A stretch of 64,000 nt of DNA from Macrostomum hystrix (Eukaryota > Animalia > Platyhelminthes): positions 4,216,001-4,280,000 of the forward strand of contig CATNEN010000038.1 of the NCBI GenBank assembly GCA_950097015.1, given 5' to 3'. Shown piece after piece: positions 31,136-44,959 of this stretch (the first letter of the stretch is position 1; every line of letters starts with the position of its first letter). Both the position numbers and the translations under genes were made by a program. A model generated the notes under the pieces. That model was not told the origin of the DNA and did not search any database. It worked only from the letters and a program-made list of their open reading frames with translations.

Positions 31136-32237
31136 CGATAGGGATAGTTTACAAACAGGATTTTTAAATCCGGCATGAATTTTCTCTACTGGGCATAATT
31201 GTTTAACGAATTGGTGGATATTTAGTATATGTGTCAGTCAATAGCTTTAGTTAGGTCTTAGTTCTTGGCTGCAGTGATACTCAAAGCAAAGTCATTTTGT
31301 GCACTTCAAAATTCAAGAAATATACATGCAGGGTCCTCACAGAAGAAATGACTTATAAAAGCATTCAGTAAATTTTTATATCGTAAAGTATAAACTGGTG
31401 AGGCCATTAATTATCAACGCATTCCGTAGCTAAGTATGAATCAGGGACTAGGAATCTTAATTGCATACATGCACGGCGCGCGTACATATTCATACTTTTA
31501 GGCGCACAATTGCTCTGATTAATCTTCTTTCGAGATTCGTGAAGGACAACGAAGGGTGCGAAGTTAGTTTGAGTAAACTAGATCCTGGCGCAGGAGGGGC
31601 GTCTGGCCCAGTCGGACCACTTCAAGTCCCTGGTAATTCTATTTCCTTCGAGAAGAAGGCGGCAGGAGAGTTTCGGTGCGCTACGCAGGCTCAAAAGCAG
31701 AAATGAATTCCAAGTGAGAAGCAAGCGGAAAAAATGTGGGCTTGGGAATTCCTGGAATCGGAAAGGAGTGCCGAGATCTGCCAGCTCATGTTATGACTCA
31801 AAGTTCTGGCTACTTTGGCCTCGCTACACACAATGGCATATTTCACTAGGGTGTTGATTTTCCTGGCCTGCTAAAAATTCTTTAAGATTTGTAATTCAAT
31901 GATTTCTTACGTAGGCGAAAGTCAGCTATCCGAATCTTTTTAGTGGGATCTCTAGACTGGGAAAATTCTGGGAGAGCTGGAAAACTGGCTTGAGATGACT
32001 GGGATTTTAAGAATAAGAACTTTTGTTGGAGTGCATCAATAAATGCCCCTTAATTAACTAGAGAACGTATAGAGTTCACGAGTTTACTGTCTGCTAACCA
32101 GTGTTCTCAACTGACTTGACAGTAGGACTGCCAAGCCAAGGGGAGAGATCCCCCTGACAACTGTTGTTGCTGCAACAGAACAGAGCAGCGCAAGCACACG
32201 AAACTCAAGAACACGGAACAACCTTTTGTTGCATTTC

Positions 32238-32778
32238 ATACCCCATACATTATACTTTGCATTGCGCCTCAGTGCGGCCCTGCCAGGTCTTCAAACTTTG
32301 TCAGCAGGTCACCCGAATGTACCTGCATCATCTCCGATTTTGGTAGTCACCGCCTTTCATATAGTCAGAGCTGCTAGACCTTCAACAAGTAGCATCTGCC
32401 GACTTCGGACACCCTGATGCAAATTTATCCCATTCGCTGATGAAGCCTCAATATTGGACGAAACTCAACCACAGGACACCCTCGCCTAGTCTGTCAACGA
32501 ATCAGTTACCACCCCGACGCCGTGGGCACCGCCAGCGAAGTGCCTCCAGCTGGCTACGATGTCCCTAAAGCGAATTTCTCTCATTTCCTTGATCAAGCCT
32601 CAAATATTGGGCAACACTCAACAACTACTTGTTGAAGGTCCAGCAGCTTCGTCTAGATAAATGACGGTGACCAACAAAGTCTGAGATGATGCTGGCACGT
32701 TCGGGTGACACGCTGATAAAGTTAGAAGGCGTGGCAAGGCTGCAATGAGGGGCAATGCAAATGTTTGTATGGGCTGAA
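32238..32778. repeat. Diverged ~150-bp inverted repeat (32238-32393 / 32624-32778) enclosing two ~55-bp direct repeats
   Basis: gctgctagaccttcaacaagtag vs ctacttgttgaaggtccagcagc, tttgcattgcgcctcagtgc vs gcaatgaggggcaatgcaaa, and further blocks. Confidence 0.75.
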
Positions 32779-34351
32779 TGAACTACTGGCTCTTAGAATA
32801 AAAGTCTGACCTTCGGCAAAAGCAATTGAATATCTCGGCGATCTGAAGGGCTGGCGACTTGATTATTGTTTCAGAAGATGCGCAACAAAAGGTTGACCCG
32901 TGCTCTTGAGTTTCGTGTGCTTGCGTTGCTCCGTTCGGGTGCAGCACAAATGATTGTCAGGGGCGAAATCGACCACCTTGGTAGTTCTACTGTTGAAATA
33001 TTGGACTACTTGTAGAAGCAACAACTTACTCTTCTTCTTCAGCGTACATTTTATATACTTTGGTCGGCTGGACTTGCCTTCGGGACGATGCCTTTGGGAA
33101 ATGTTCAGCAAACTCTCAGATTATGCAGCTCTCAGAGCTTAGTCTCTGGGGGGGGGAGACACTTCAACACTTTAACTTTCCACTTTCGACTGCAGTGCTT
33201 TCACGCTCAAAACTATACCGACTCAAAACAGGAGGCCTCAGTCCTGGCATCAGTTCAGGAACATTTTTAACTCTGCCGGTCCCTGCTGCGGTTGTCCTGA
33301 GACCTTTTGAAGCAAAGCTCGTGGTGTCCGTTGGCCGCAGAACCGAGCACAGACTCTATTCCACCCGAACTGTTTAGCGAATGCGTGCACGGCGTCATGT
33401 GACAGATAGGGTTTTCAATCTATCTAATTTTTTAGAAAAATTTAATAATCTTGTTTAATTGGCAACTAATGACAATGACACAATATAGTACTCAAAAAAG
33501 GCTCAATTTTGTCACGAAAGGAATAAGAAAATCTAAGAAAACGCTATAATTAAAAACAGGCAAACTTGTTGACAGCACTTTCTAGAATGTCACTTTCTCT
33601 TCACAGGTTTTTTTTGTTTTCCCGTCACGTTTTAATCAGGCGATGACGTCGCTGTGATAAGAAAATAGGAAATTGGAACAGATATAATACAATTGCCTTT
33701 GGCTGCATCTGAGGCATTGAGGAGCAGGCCCTCCTGAGCATGTCTGCCTGCGTCCTTGTGAGTGATTTTCTGTATAAAAAATCTCAGAACAAACTTCATT
33801 CGGCAGCAGAAGCAGCATATTACTAATAAGTTTCACGATGTCATTAGGCCTGTGTGGAGCAAAGGTAAGCTAATTAAGTGTCACCCACCGCTGCTGGAGG
33901 ACAGTTAGAAGGGATCGGATGAAAGCTTCGACCGCCAAGGCGTGGCTCATTAAGTCACCTCAGGGATTCTGGCTCTCCTTTCCTTCCGTTCCTCACGTTC
34001 TTGTCGACCTTCGATTTTAGTCCAATGTTTCGGCCTGATGCTGCGGCTGAAAATATTAGGATTCGTCAATGCCAGGCCCCAGGCGAGTGCAAAGTTCACA
34101 GGCTTGTTTGAGGTAATAAATTGTATAAACGCGCCGAGCTTGGTCGCTATCAAACTGTTTAAGCAGATAAGGACAGAAATTCGTTGCCAGGCTCCTGCGA
34201 TAGCATCGTGTCAACAGTACGTTTATTCTGCACAAGCATGGAGAATCCAGAACATTCTTTCAGATTGTGGGCTCCAACTGAGAATGTTTGACTCCGAATG
34301 TGGATGAGAAGTTTTGCAATCAAGAAACTATAAAATAAAAGCTGGCTCATA

Positions 34352-37300
34352 AAGCTTTACTAAATGCCTGTGGTAGCTTCACTGAATGCCTGTGGTAGCT
34401 TCACTGAATGCCTGTGGTAGCTTCACTGAATGCCTGTGGTAGCTTCACTGAATGCCTGTGGTAGCTTTACTGAATGACTGTGGTAGCTTTACTGAATGAC
34501 TGTGGTAGCTTTACTGAATGACTGTGGTAGCTTTACTGAATGGCTGTGGTAGCTTTACTGAATGACTGTGGTAGCTTTACTGAATGGCTGTGGTAGCTTT
34601 ACTGAATGGCTGTGGTAGCTTCACTGAATGCCTGTGGTAGCTTCACTGAATGCCTGTGGTAGCTTCACTGAATGCCTGTGGTAGCTTCACTGAATGCCTG
34701 TGGTAGCTTTACTGAATGACTGTGGTAGCTTTACTGAATGACTGTGGTAGCTTTACTGAATGACTGTGGTAGCTTTACTGAATGACTGTGGTAGCTTTAC
34801 TGAATGACTGTGGTAGCTTTACTGAATGGCTGTGGTAGCTTTACTGAATGACTGTGGTAGCTTTACTGAATGGCTGAGGTAGCTTTACTGAATGCCTGTG
34901 GTAGCTTTACTGAATGGCTGTGGTAGCTTTACTGAATGACTGTGGTAGCTTTACTGAATGACTGTGGTAGCTTTACTGAATGCCTGTGGTAGCTTTACTG
35001 AATGGCTGTGGTAGCTTTACTGAATGACTGTGGTAGCTTTACTGAAAGCCTGTGGTAGCTTTACTGAATGACTGTGGTAGCTTTATTGAATGACTGTGGT
35101 AGCTTTACTGAATGGCATTGGTAGCTTTACTGAATGACTGTGGTAGCTTTACTGAAAGCCTGTGATAGCTTTACTGAATGGCTGTGTTAGCTTTACTGAA
35201 TGGCTGTGGTAGCTTTACTGAATGGCTGTGATAGCTTTACTGAATGGCTGTGTTAGCTTTACTGAATGGCTGTGGTAGCTTTACTGAATGCCTGTGATAG
35301 CTTTACTGAATGCCTGTGTTAGCTTTACTGAATGACTGTGGTAGCTTTACTGAATGACTGTGTTAGCTTTACTGAATGACTGTGGTAGCTTTACTGAATG
35401 ACTGTGATAGCTTTACTGAATGGCTGTGGTAGCTTTACTGAATGGCTGTGGTAGCTTTACTATGGCTGTGGTAGCTTTACTGAATGACTGTGATAGCTTT
35501 ACTGAATGGCTGTGGTAGCTTCACTGAATGCCTGTGGTAGCTTCACTGAATGCCTGTGGTAGCTTTACTGAATGACTGTGGTAGCTTTACTGAATGACTG
35601 TGGTAGCTTTACTGAATGACTGTGGTAGCTTTACTGAATGACTGTGGTAGCTTTACTGAATGACTGTGGTAGCTTTACTGAATGGCTGTGGTAGCTTTAC
35701 TGAATGACTGTGGTAGCTTTACTGAATGGCTGTGGTAGCTTTACTGAATGCCTGTGGTAGCTTTACTGAATGGCTGTGGTAGCTTTACTGAATGACTGTG
35801 GTAGCTTTACTGAATGACTGTGGTAGCTTTACTGAATGCCTGTGGTAGCTTTACTGAATGGCTGTGGTAGCTTTACTGAATGACTGTGGTAGCTTTACTG
35901 AATGACTGTGGTAGCTTTATTGAATGACTGTGGTAGCTTTACTGAATGGCATTGGTAGCTTCACTGAATGACTGTGGTAGCTTTACTGAAAGCCTGTGAT
36001 AGCTTTACTGAATGGCTGTGTTAGCTTTACTGAATGGCTGTGGTAGCTTTACTGAATGGCTGTGATAGCTTTACTGAATGGCTGTGTTAGCTTTACTGAA
36101 TGGCTGTGGTAGCTTTACTGAATGCCTGTGGTAGCTTTACTGAATGGCTGTGGTAGCTTTACTGAATGGCTGTGGTAGCTTTACTGAATGACTGTGGTAG
36201 CTTTACTGAATGACTGTGGTAGCTTTACTGAATGGCTGTGGTAGCTTTACTGAATGACTGTGGTAGCTTTACTGAATGACTGTGGTAGCTTTATTGAATG
36301 ACTGTGGTAGCTTTACTGAATGGCATTGGTAGCTTCACTGAATGACTGTGGTAGCTTTACTGAAAGCCTGTGATAGCTTTACTGAATGGCTGTGTTAGCT
36401 TTACTGAATGGCTGTGGTAGCTTTACTGAATGGCTGTGATAGCTTTACTGAATGGCTGTGTTAGCTTTACTGAATGACTGTGGTAGCTTTACTGAATGGC
36501 TGTGGTAGCTTTACTGAATGCCTGTGGTAGCTTTACTGAATGGCTGTGGTAGCTTTACTGAATGACTGTGGTAGCTTTACTGAATGACTGTGGTAGCTTT
36601 ACTGAATGCCTGTGGTAGCTTTACTGAATGGCTGTGGTAGCTTTACTGAATGACTGTGGTAGCTTTACTGAATGACTGTGGTAGCTTTATTGAATGACTG
36701 TGGTAGCTTTACTGAATGGCATTGGTAGCTTCACTGAATGACTGTGGTAGCTTTACTGAAAGCCTGTGATAGCTTTACTGAATGGCTGTGTTAGCTTTAC
36801 TGAATGGCTGTGGTAGCTTTACTGAATGGCTGTGATAGCTTTACTGAATGGCTGTGTTAGCTTTACTGAATGGCTGTGGTAGCTTTACTGAATGCCTGTG
36901 ATAGCTTTACTGAATGGCTGTGTTAGCTTTACTGAATGGCTGTGTTAGCTTTACTGAATGACTGTGTTAGCTTTACTGAATGGCTGTGTTAGCTTTACTG
37001 AATGACTGTGATAGCTTTACTGAATGCCTGTGATAGCTTTACTGAATGACTGTGGTAGCTTTACTGAATGGCATTGGTAGCTTTACTGAATGGCTGTGGT
37101 AGCTTTACTGAATGACTGTGGTAGCTTTACTGAATGCCAGTGTTAGCTTCACTGAATGGCTGTGTTAGCTTTACTGAATGACTGTGTTAGCTTTACTGAA
37201 TGACTGTGGTAGCTTTACTGAATGACTGTGTTAGCTTTACTGAATGACTGTGGTAGCTTTACTGAATGACTGTGATAGCTTTACTGAATGGCTGTGGTAG

Positions 37301-37430
37301 CTTTACTGAATGGCTGTGGTAGCTTTACTATGGCTGTGGTAGCTTTACTGAATGACTGTGATAGCTTTACTGAATGGCTGTGGTAGCTTTACTGAATGGC
37401 TGTGGTAGCTTTACTATGGCTGTGATAGGG
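34352..37430. repeat. Satellite array, 22-bp unit (actgaatgactgtggtagcttt), ~140 copies
   Basis: About 3.1 kb of tandem copies with recurring variant blocks. Confidence 0.96.
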
Positions 37431-37729
37431 ATACTGAATGCCTGAATGCCTGAATGGCTGTCGTTGCTTTTGTTAACGACAAAGGGAGTTAATAATGAAT
37501 AAATTAGTTTTTATTGAGGTATGTCTGCCTCGAATCTTTTTTTAAGTACTTCAAAGTTTCTACCCCAAATTCGCTCAAACAAAAAACTAAACATTTGAAT
37601 GACTTAAGCTCGTATTTTGCAGTTAAATTCGCTATTTAAAAATCCAAACAGCGTTTATTAGTAAAACGCATCACAGCTTTAACAAGCAGCACAAACTATC
37701 ACGGACAATTATCGCTAAGTGTCCTGGGT

Positions 37730-39025
37730 TCAAACCTCGCCGTCTCTGAACTGAAACACGGAAGCGTCGGACTGGGATCCGTCCTCCCGGTTGCTGGGTG
37801 CAATCTCCAGCATTGGTATCTCGCTGGACGCTAAGCGACGCGCAACAGGTGATCGCTTGTTCTCAATACACGGCGTTTGAGGAGCTTGCCCAAGACTGCA
37901 CTTCTGGATGCCGCATTGGCCCTGCTGGTTGCTATTGTGATGGTCGCCACTGCGACGGCACACGCTGGTGGTGTGGCGCTCGGACCGGAGGTAGCGCAAG
38001 TCGGAGTCCTTGCGGCAGCCGAGCAGTCGCATGTAGGCCAGACGGAACTCGCGCTGGTTGGAGCAGTACACCACCGGGTTCACCCCGGAGTTGGCGTACC
38101 CGATCCACGTCACCAGGGGCATCAGCCAGCTGGGCAGGGACGCGCACCTGTCGCCAGCGAACGGACAGGCGACGTAGAGCAGGAAGAACGGCAGCCAGCA
38201 GGCGTAGAAGCAGCCCAGGATGAGGCCCAGGGTCTTCGTGGCCTTGGTCTCGCTGCTGCTCATGCGGTGACTGTGCTGCGCGATGGATTGCTGGTCAGCG
38301 CTCGATCGCGACAATGATGATATCGCCTTCCGCTGACGGACGCTCTCGTTGTGCGCGGTGGCGATTCGGTGCACGCGAATGTAGGCTAGCGTCATCACAA
38401 CCAGAGGCAGGAAGAATGAAGTCAGAGCTGACAGCACAGCGTAGATTCGGTTCACGTCCATGTGGCAGGGGTCATCGGCGGCAGACGGGGTCGCCGTGGC
38501 ATTTCGCTGGGGAAGTTTCAGACCAAACGAGCCTGAGAACACCGGGCCGAAGCTTAGGCCGACGCTGATGATCCAGACGGCCGCGACCATGATCCAGATT
38601 CGGCGGGGGCGCACGAGTGTCTTGTAGTGCAACGGATTCGTCACTGCGATGTACCGATCCAGACTGATGAGGCACAGGTGCAGAATGCTGGAGGTGCAGC
38701 ACATAATGTCTGAGGACAGGTAAAATTTGCAGAAGGCGTCCCCCAGAGGCCAGCAGCCGAGTACGTAGGACAGAAGAGAGTAGGGCATCACCAGAAAGGC
38801 AATGGCAATGTCAGCCGAGGCCAGCGAAGCTAGCAGGTGAAAACAATTGCGCGACCGGAGGCGTCGGAAGTTGATGACGGACGCTATTACAAGGATGTTT
38901 CCAGCTATCGTTGTTATGGTAACCAGAGTCATGAGAGTGCAGACAAGCATTGTGGAAAATAGCTGGCTACCTTTGAGAAGCCTCAAATTCTTCATCGAGG
39001 TGTTCAAGCAGCTCATGCTGGACAA
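37730..39025 (-). CDS. Class A biogenic-amine GPCR (D1-like dopamine / beta-octopamine receptor-like), intronless CDS
   Basis: GN in TM1, LASAD in TM2, TM3 Asp (SSDIMCCTSSILHLCLISLDRY), TM5 serines (YAVLSALTSFFLP), CWLPFF, WIGYANSGVNPVVY; the annotated start is a TTG, so the true ATG may be a few codons in. Confidence 0.9.
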   Translation of the reverse strand: MSSMSCLNTSMKNLRLLKGSQLFSTMLVCTLMTLVTITTIAGNILVIASVINFRRLRSRNCFHLLASLASADIAIAFLVMPYSLLSYVLGCWPLGDAFCKFYLSSDIMCCTSSILHLCLISLDRYIAVTNPLHYKTLVRPRRIWIMVAAVWIISVGLSFGPVFSGSFGLKLPQRNATATPSAADDPCHMDVNRIYAVLSALTSFFLPLVVMTLAYIRVHRIATAHNESVRQRKAISSLSRSSADQQSIAQHSHRMSSSETKATKTLGLILGCFYACWLPFFLLYVACPFAGDRCASLPSWLMPLVTWIGYANSGVNPVVYCSNQREFRLAYMRLLGCRKDSDLRYLRSERHTTSVCRRSGDHHNSNQQGQCGIQKCSLGQAPQTPCIENKRSPVARRLASSEIPMLEIAPSNREDGSQSDASVFQFRDGEV

Positions 39026-39948
39026 TCAGCGTTGAGATTTTGAGACAGTTTTTTCTCTTTCTTTCCTGTGGTTTTTGGTTCACTGCCTCCTCTGCTGCCG
39101 TCTTTCCTGCCTCCGTCCCATGTCTTGGATTTCACTCTGGCCGGCCTCTCTTATCTGGGTCCGCCATGGAGACAGGGGCCTACCCATGACAGCTAGCCAA
39201 TAGTAGCTCACGCAGCCAGGCATGCATGCAAGCAATGGGTGCCGCGACCCTGAGGCGGACGGAAGCCTTTTCACTGCTCGAAAATTGATGAGCACAGCTG
39301 CATTAGTTATACAGCGCAAGCTGCAGCGAAAGAGACAAATGTGACTTTTAGCTTTCCAAACACAAATTCTTCGGCCGTGTCAGCCTTCTGACTCCAGAGA
39401 ACTGATCAGAATGGCTTCATTGTGGCATTTCTTCTTTGTAAAGGCATCTCACTTAATTGCTGGGCAGTCAGAGATTTGCAGTGGATGAAAATATCTGATG
39501 GCCTAACTGTCACAGTCTAGCACCAAGGTCTCTGAATTTGATTTCATGGCATCAATCTTTTTTCATAGGCACTTCTGGGGGGCTTGTTGAACGGCTGACA
39601 CTCGCGAAGGTCAATCATTAAAGGTTCAAGGACTGCTTAAAATTGCCAGATCAATAGTCTACTCATACGAGTCAAGCATGTGCTGCAATGAGGCGGTAAA
39701 AGCTCATTTTTTTGTGGGGCTCGTAGTGTACGTGATACTCGAAAGCGCACACAATAGATGATTGACATAAATACATTCTGCTTGTTACTTACTAGCATTA
39801 AACCAGCAACCTTTGTCTTTGCCTATTAAAGTATTTAGTACAATCTCAAGGTCCTCCAGCTTGTCCCGGACCCAAGGAATAATCTATAGGAGTAACCTAA
39901 GCGAGTAGCTATTAGGAAAGCACAATGGGGGGCGGCTTGACCATAGAC

Positions 39949-40344
39949 CAGGGGTCGGCAAACTCCGGCCCGCGGGCCAGATGCGGCCCTCGAAGCCCCT
40001 AAATCTGGCCCGTTGCCCCTTCCACCACTTATAGTATCCTGTCTCATCTCGCCAGTGTCTTATCTGTCCTGTGTCTAATTATCTCTCCCCTGTCTCATCT
40101 CTGCCGTGTCTCCCGTCTCTCTCCAGTCTTATCTATTCTCATCTCTGGCTCATCCTTCCCCTGTCTCGTCTATCCGGTGTCTCATCTCTCCCATTTCTCG
40201 TCTATCCGGTGTCTCATCTCTCCCATTTATCATCTATCCTGTGTCTCTCTCCCCCCTTTCTCATATTCCTACAGTTAATACGGCCCGCTGTCGTCCTATA
40301 GGTTCTCCCCGTGGCCCGCTCGCTAAAAAGTTTGCCGACCCCTG
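39949..40344. mobile_element. Non-autonomous hAT (Charlie-like) MITE
   Basis: TIR caggggtcggcaaact / agtttgccgacccctg, perfect 8-bp TSD ccatagac (39941-39948, 40345-40352), and subterminal ggcccg motifs. Confidence 0.93.
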
Positions 40345-41496
40345 CCATAGACTATTCGCAGATAAGCAATCTGTTGTATTCCTGTTTCGATGCCCGAAAG
40401 GCGCGCAAAAATTTACTTTGTTCACAATTTCCGTCGACGCAATCGTTTGTGGCCCAAACGAAACTAGACACGATGCCGTGTCCGTTCTGGGCCAATTGCT
40501 TGATGTCATTTACTGCCTGGTCAAAGCGGCAAAAAACTGAGGAATAGTAAATGTAGTTTCTGCTAACAGTATTTTATCGAGAAAATCTTTAGCATTTTAC
40601 ATAACGCACAAGTACCAGCAATTTCTTGGCACCAGCAATATGGAACCGAAAAATACGGTTCGTTGATAGCGAAATCCGATTGCCAATCTTGCACCCAACT
40701 ACCGATTTACGTTCGCAGTTACTGGGGCATCTTCCCATACTTCACCGCCTGATTTCCCCTGTTAACCTCATTGCAAAGTCCATCCTAATAGGCAATATAT
40801 ATAAGAGATAAGAAATTTATTTTGATCGATTTGCAGTCTCTCTCAACTGACTGCTCTCCACCCTGCCGCAGCATTGACAAAGTGGACCTCGGTTGGGAAT
40901 AAACTCCCACAGAAAAGCCTCCTTCCGTTACGACTCATCCGAGATTCTCTCATGAAAGATTTTCAGCTCCCAGTGGTATTATTCTCCTCCATCGTGCCAG
41001 CAGCTTATGACCATGGCTCCTAATTCATTTATCAAATATTTTATTCATGATCTCAGCGAGCTGTCCCTCCCTGTACTGAAGCTGCAAAACAGCCGCGGTG
41101 CTAAAAGGTCGAAAATCTGTGCAAGTCCATCTGCGCATGGTTACTGCGAAACAGGTTGTCCCCAAAGACTGCGTGTGGGTGATCATATGGAGTGCTTATT
41201 ATATTAACTAGCTCTTTGTCTAGTTGTTTGAACGTCGGTGCAACTACCGACGTTGGCCGACGTCGAACGGTTGTCCGGGAGTGGTCCTTACTCTCGCATG
41301 CTTAAATGCACCTGTTTTTTTGTAGTTTCCTACAACGCAGCTTAATATTAATAATAATTGATTGCACCTGCCGTAATTGGGCAAGGTGGGCAGCGGTCAG
41401 CACAGCCGCAGCTATTGCGCGGCGAATCTTAACGTTCAGTGTCCGTCGACTGGTCGGACGCGACAACCCCAGCTCAATTACCCCAGCAAATACCGT

Positions 41497-41630
41497 ATTC
41501 ATTTAACAGCTGGCTATAGACTAAAGTAATGCAGAGTTAAGTGTCTGCTAAAGTACACAAATTGTTCCAGTCGGGAATCGAACTTCCGACATTCAATTAG
41601 TCGTGAGTCCGACGATCAACCACAAGGCCC
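41497..41630 (-). mobile_element. tRNA-derived CORE/V-like SINE (partial), same family as 5278-5410
   Basis: Shared blocks catttaacagct..aatgcagagttaagtgtct and gtcgggaatcgaac (reverse B box). Confidence 0.65.
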
Positions 41631-44514
41631 CTTTAGAGCGGGTCAGTGCTGGCCCCATGCTGCCGACCCTCAGAAGTTTCTTCCCTGTAAGCTGACGCCT
41701 GGGCTACAACCCCTTACTAGGCTCCCCTTATGCAATGTAGCTCTCTGAGCACAATGTATCAATCAATTACTTTCTGAATCACTTTAACGACATCAGGTCA
41801 AATAGCATAAAATCAGGGTGGCTGTTGGCAATGACTAATCGTTTGAAGGCAGTCCAACCGCATCCAGGGTTCCAGTGAATAGGCAAAGAAGCCAGTTTAG
41901 CATGCCTTAATTACTAACCTTTATTTATATTGTAAAATCTTCACAAAAGCTAACTCATAATTACTCCTCCTTGCTTTTTTGACTAAACGACGTAGAAAGC
42001 AAAATGTTTGTAAACGAGTACTACTTGTGGAGTGTCATATTAAATTACATCACTTTTGTGGTGGTGCACGTACGTATTGAACTAAACTATAAATCTTGCC
42101 GACTCGAAGACAAATTCAGAACTGCTCTTGCGCTTATTACTTTAGCATGCAGATCGAATAACTTTACGGAATCGAAAAGAAATTTTCTTCCTTTTCATGA
42201 TTGCGTGAAATTGTTTTCGCTTTTAGAAAGCGCAAAATTCCGGCAGTTCTGTACCATATCATTCCCCCTTCACATTTACCCACTTCCACCATGATCTTCC
42301 ATGATCTTCCACAGTCATGGTACATGACTGTATAGATCAAAGATGGAAAGTGGTAAATTTCCTTTGATGAATACAATTAACTTGGTCCATATATTGTAAT
42401 GCTTACATTCAATATGATACTTGAAAATGTAATAATACTCAATTTAAAGCATCTACCTTTACAAATACCGCGAAAATGTTCTAACAATGCATACCACACG
42501 GAAGTAAACAGAGAAGAATAGTAAAAATGCAATGAATTACTCGTAAGTAGTGAAAATAGAGCATATAAAAGTATTGAAAATAATAACAGAATTTATTCTT
42601 TTCAGAATATCGGATAATATGACATCCAAGTTTTCACGATAACCTGCATGCAGCAGATTACCACAAAAAAACGTTACAATGCAATAGCCAGGTTGTTAGC
42701 AGTTAATAGTTCTATAGTTAAATTATATATAGGTTGAATCACAGCAAAGAAGTTTCAGTAGTAATAACAAGCGAGTTGGTAATCTCTCGAAGTCAAGAGC
42801 TCACCTTATTGATATTGGGTCTTAATTACTATTTCTGGACATCCAAACTTTAAAGCAAAAGAATTTGAAATTCAGACCGGAAGAGTTAATCAATACGGTA
42901 ATTAAAAAATGTCATTAAAGCTAAAGTGTGTATTTATTGAATATACACAAAAATGTAACTAATTAAACTTTTATAATTGGTATGACTAAAAAATTGCTTA
43001 TCATTATTTTCGTTGTAAAAACTGTTCTTAAAAAATCGCATTTTGAACTGAAGAAAATTGCGCAAGTTAAATTATCAATTATCGACTAAGTACTGATTTC
43101 ACCGCCACTGGATTTCACCGATTTTTTAAATAAATTTTCAACAGCCAAAACTGTATAAAATCGATGGCGCAAGTTAATTTAGAGATGCGCCTAAATTTCT
43201 AGCACTGCGCGTTTCGTCGGGACGGCAAAAGAGCGATTTTTTGTTTTATTATAGGCGGTGAATCGGCGGTGAATCAGATAAATGTAAATTATATTTTGCG
43301 CGTTATTGCGCATGAAAAGCGGTGTTATATTTTAAGTTTACATGCCTTTGCGCGATCCTTTTTGCATCTTAGAGTCGTTTTATATGCCTTTGGCTTCATG
43401 AAATAGCCTGTTGAAATATTACTTTTAAAACAAAGCTGGCGCGAATTCGAAATCAACACACATGCTGGAAGAAATTAGAAGTTGGCTATTCGTAGGCCTA
43501 CGGTACCCACTCGTGTTACACTCTGTAAAGCCAATTCTGTGTTACAACACGAGCCTTCAAAGCGGTTCTCTGCGCGCAGCGGCGTAGCGATACGCGCAGC
43601 TTTAGCTTTCAAAGTCAATGCAATGCTTTAATATGGGGCACAAATGTACGTGCTTAAATATAATATAATCAATGCTGTTAGATATCGTTTCAATGACTGA
43701 CTCTTTTATAGAGTTACCAGGATCAATACAATCGATTCGATACAGTTTCTTTACAATTTATTTGTATATTATTGTTTCCTATAGGCCTATTATTGCTAAT
43801 TATAATTTGCTAGCTATTGAATGTTGGCCTACCTATGCCTAGCTAGATATGAATGGATGGCTATAGGCCTATAGCCATAGTTATAAACAGACCCCATGGC
43901 TCAGACCATAGTAGAAAGTTTAGCTAGCAAATATAGCTAGCTTCTAGCAAAAATCTAGCTAAAAAGCATGTTCTGCTAGACATTAGCTATTTAGAATGTT
44001 TTCCTAGCTAGGCTTGTTAAAGAACAGGCACAGCCCCAAGCCTAAGCTAATAGTGTGATAGCTACTATTATGAGTACTATTATTAATATTTATTGCTAAA
44101 CAGCAACACAAGTAAAATTTATAGTTTATTAGAAGCTGACATATTTAAATTTTATTATCATATATATTTTTTAACCATGAAATAATAATTCAATAATTTA
44201 TTAATTCTTATATGGCTTAGATATATTCAAATATATATAGGCTCATAGACAGCTAGATTATTGCCAAAAAATATTTCTTAGGAATAATAACTAATGACAA
44301 ATATGTTTGTTTCTATATATTATATAAATATATATACTTTTTTGTTTCTTTTCCATTCCTTTTCTCCTATTCATTGCTCCTGTTCCTCTGGCTCATTTAC
44401 TACCCTTGCTACTCTTCATCCTGCTACCTGTTCCTTTATCAACTGCTCTACTACCCCCTGTTCCCCTATCAACTCCTCCTCCACCCACTGTTTCTCTACC
44501 AACTGCTTCTTTAC

Positions 44515-44830
44515 CCCCCTGCACCTCTACCCTACTCTTCTACACCTTGCTCCTCTACTGGCCCTGCCTCTCTACCCCTGCACCTCTACCCTACTCTTCT
44601 ACACCTTGCTCCTCTACTGGCCCTGCCTCTCTACCCCTGCACCTCTACCCTACTCTTCTACACCTTGCTCCTCTACTGGCCCTGCCTCTCTACCCCTGCA
44701 CCTCTACCCTACTCTTCTACACCTTGCTCCTCTACTGGCCCTGCCTCTTTACCCCTGCACCTCTACCCTACTCTTCTACACCTTGCTCCTCTACTGGCCC
44801 TGCCTCTCTACCCCTGCACCTCTAACCCCT
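44515..44830. repeat. 59-bp minisatellite in the left foldback arm (mirrored at ~61613-61928)
   Basis: About 5 tandem copies. Confidence 0.9.
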
Positions 44831-44959
44831 GCTCCTCTAACCCCTGCTCCTCTACCCCAGCACCTCAACCCCTGCTCCTCTAACCCCTGTTCCTCTACTG
44901 GCCCTTCTACTCTACCCATGCTCCTCTACCACAGCTCCTCTAACACTTTCTGTTCCTTG

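Noticed and set aside
34352-37430. CRISPR-like regular repeat array
   Set aside because: Head-to-tail units with no unique spacers, no cas genes, and a eukaryotic context.
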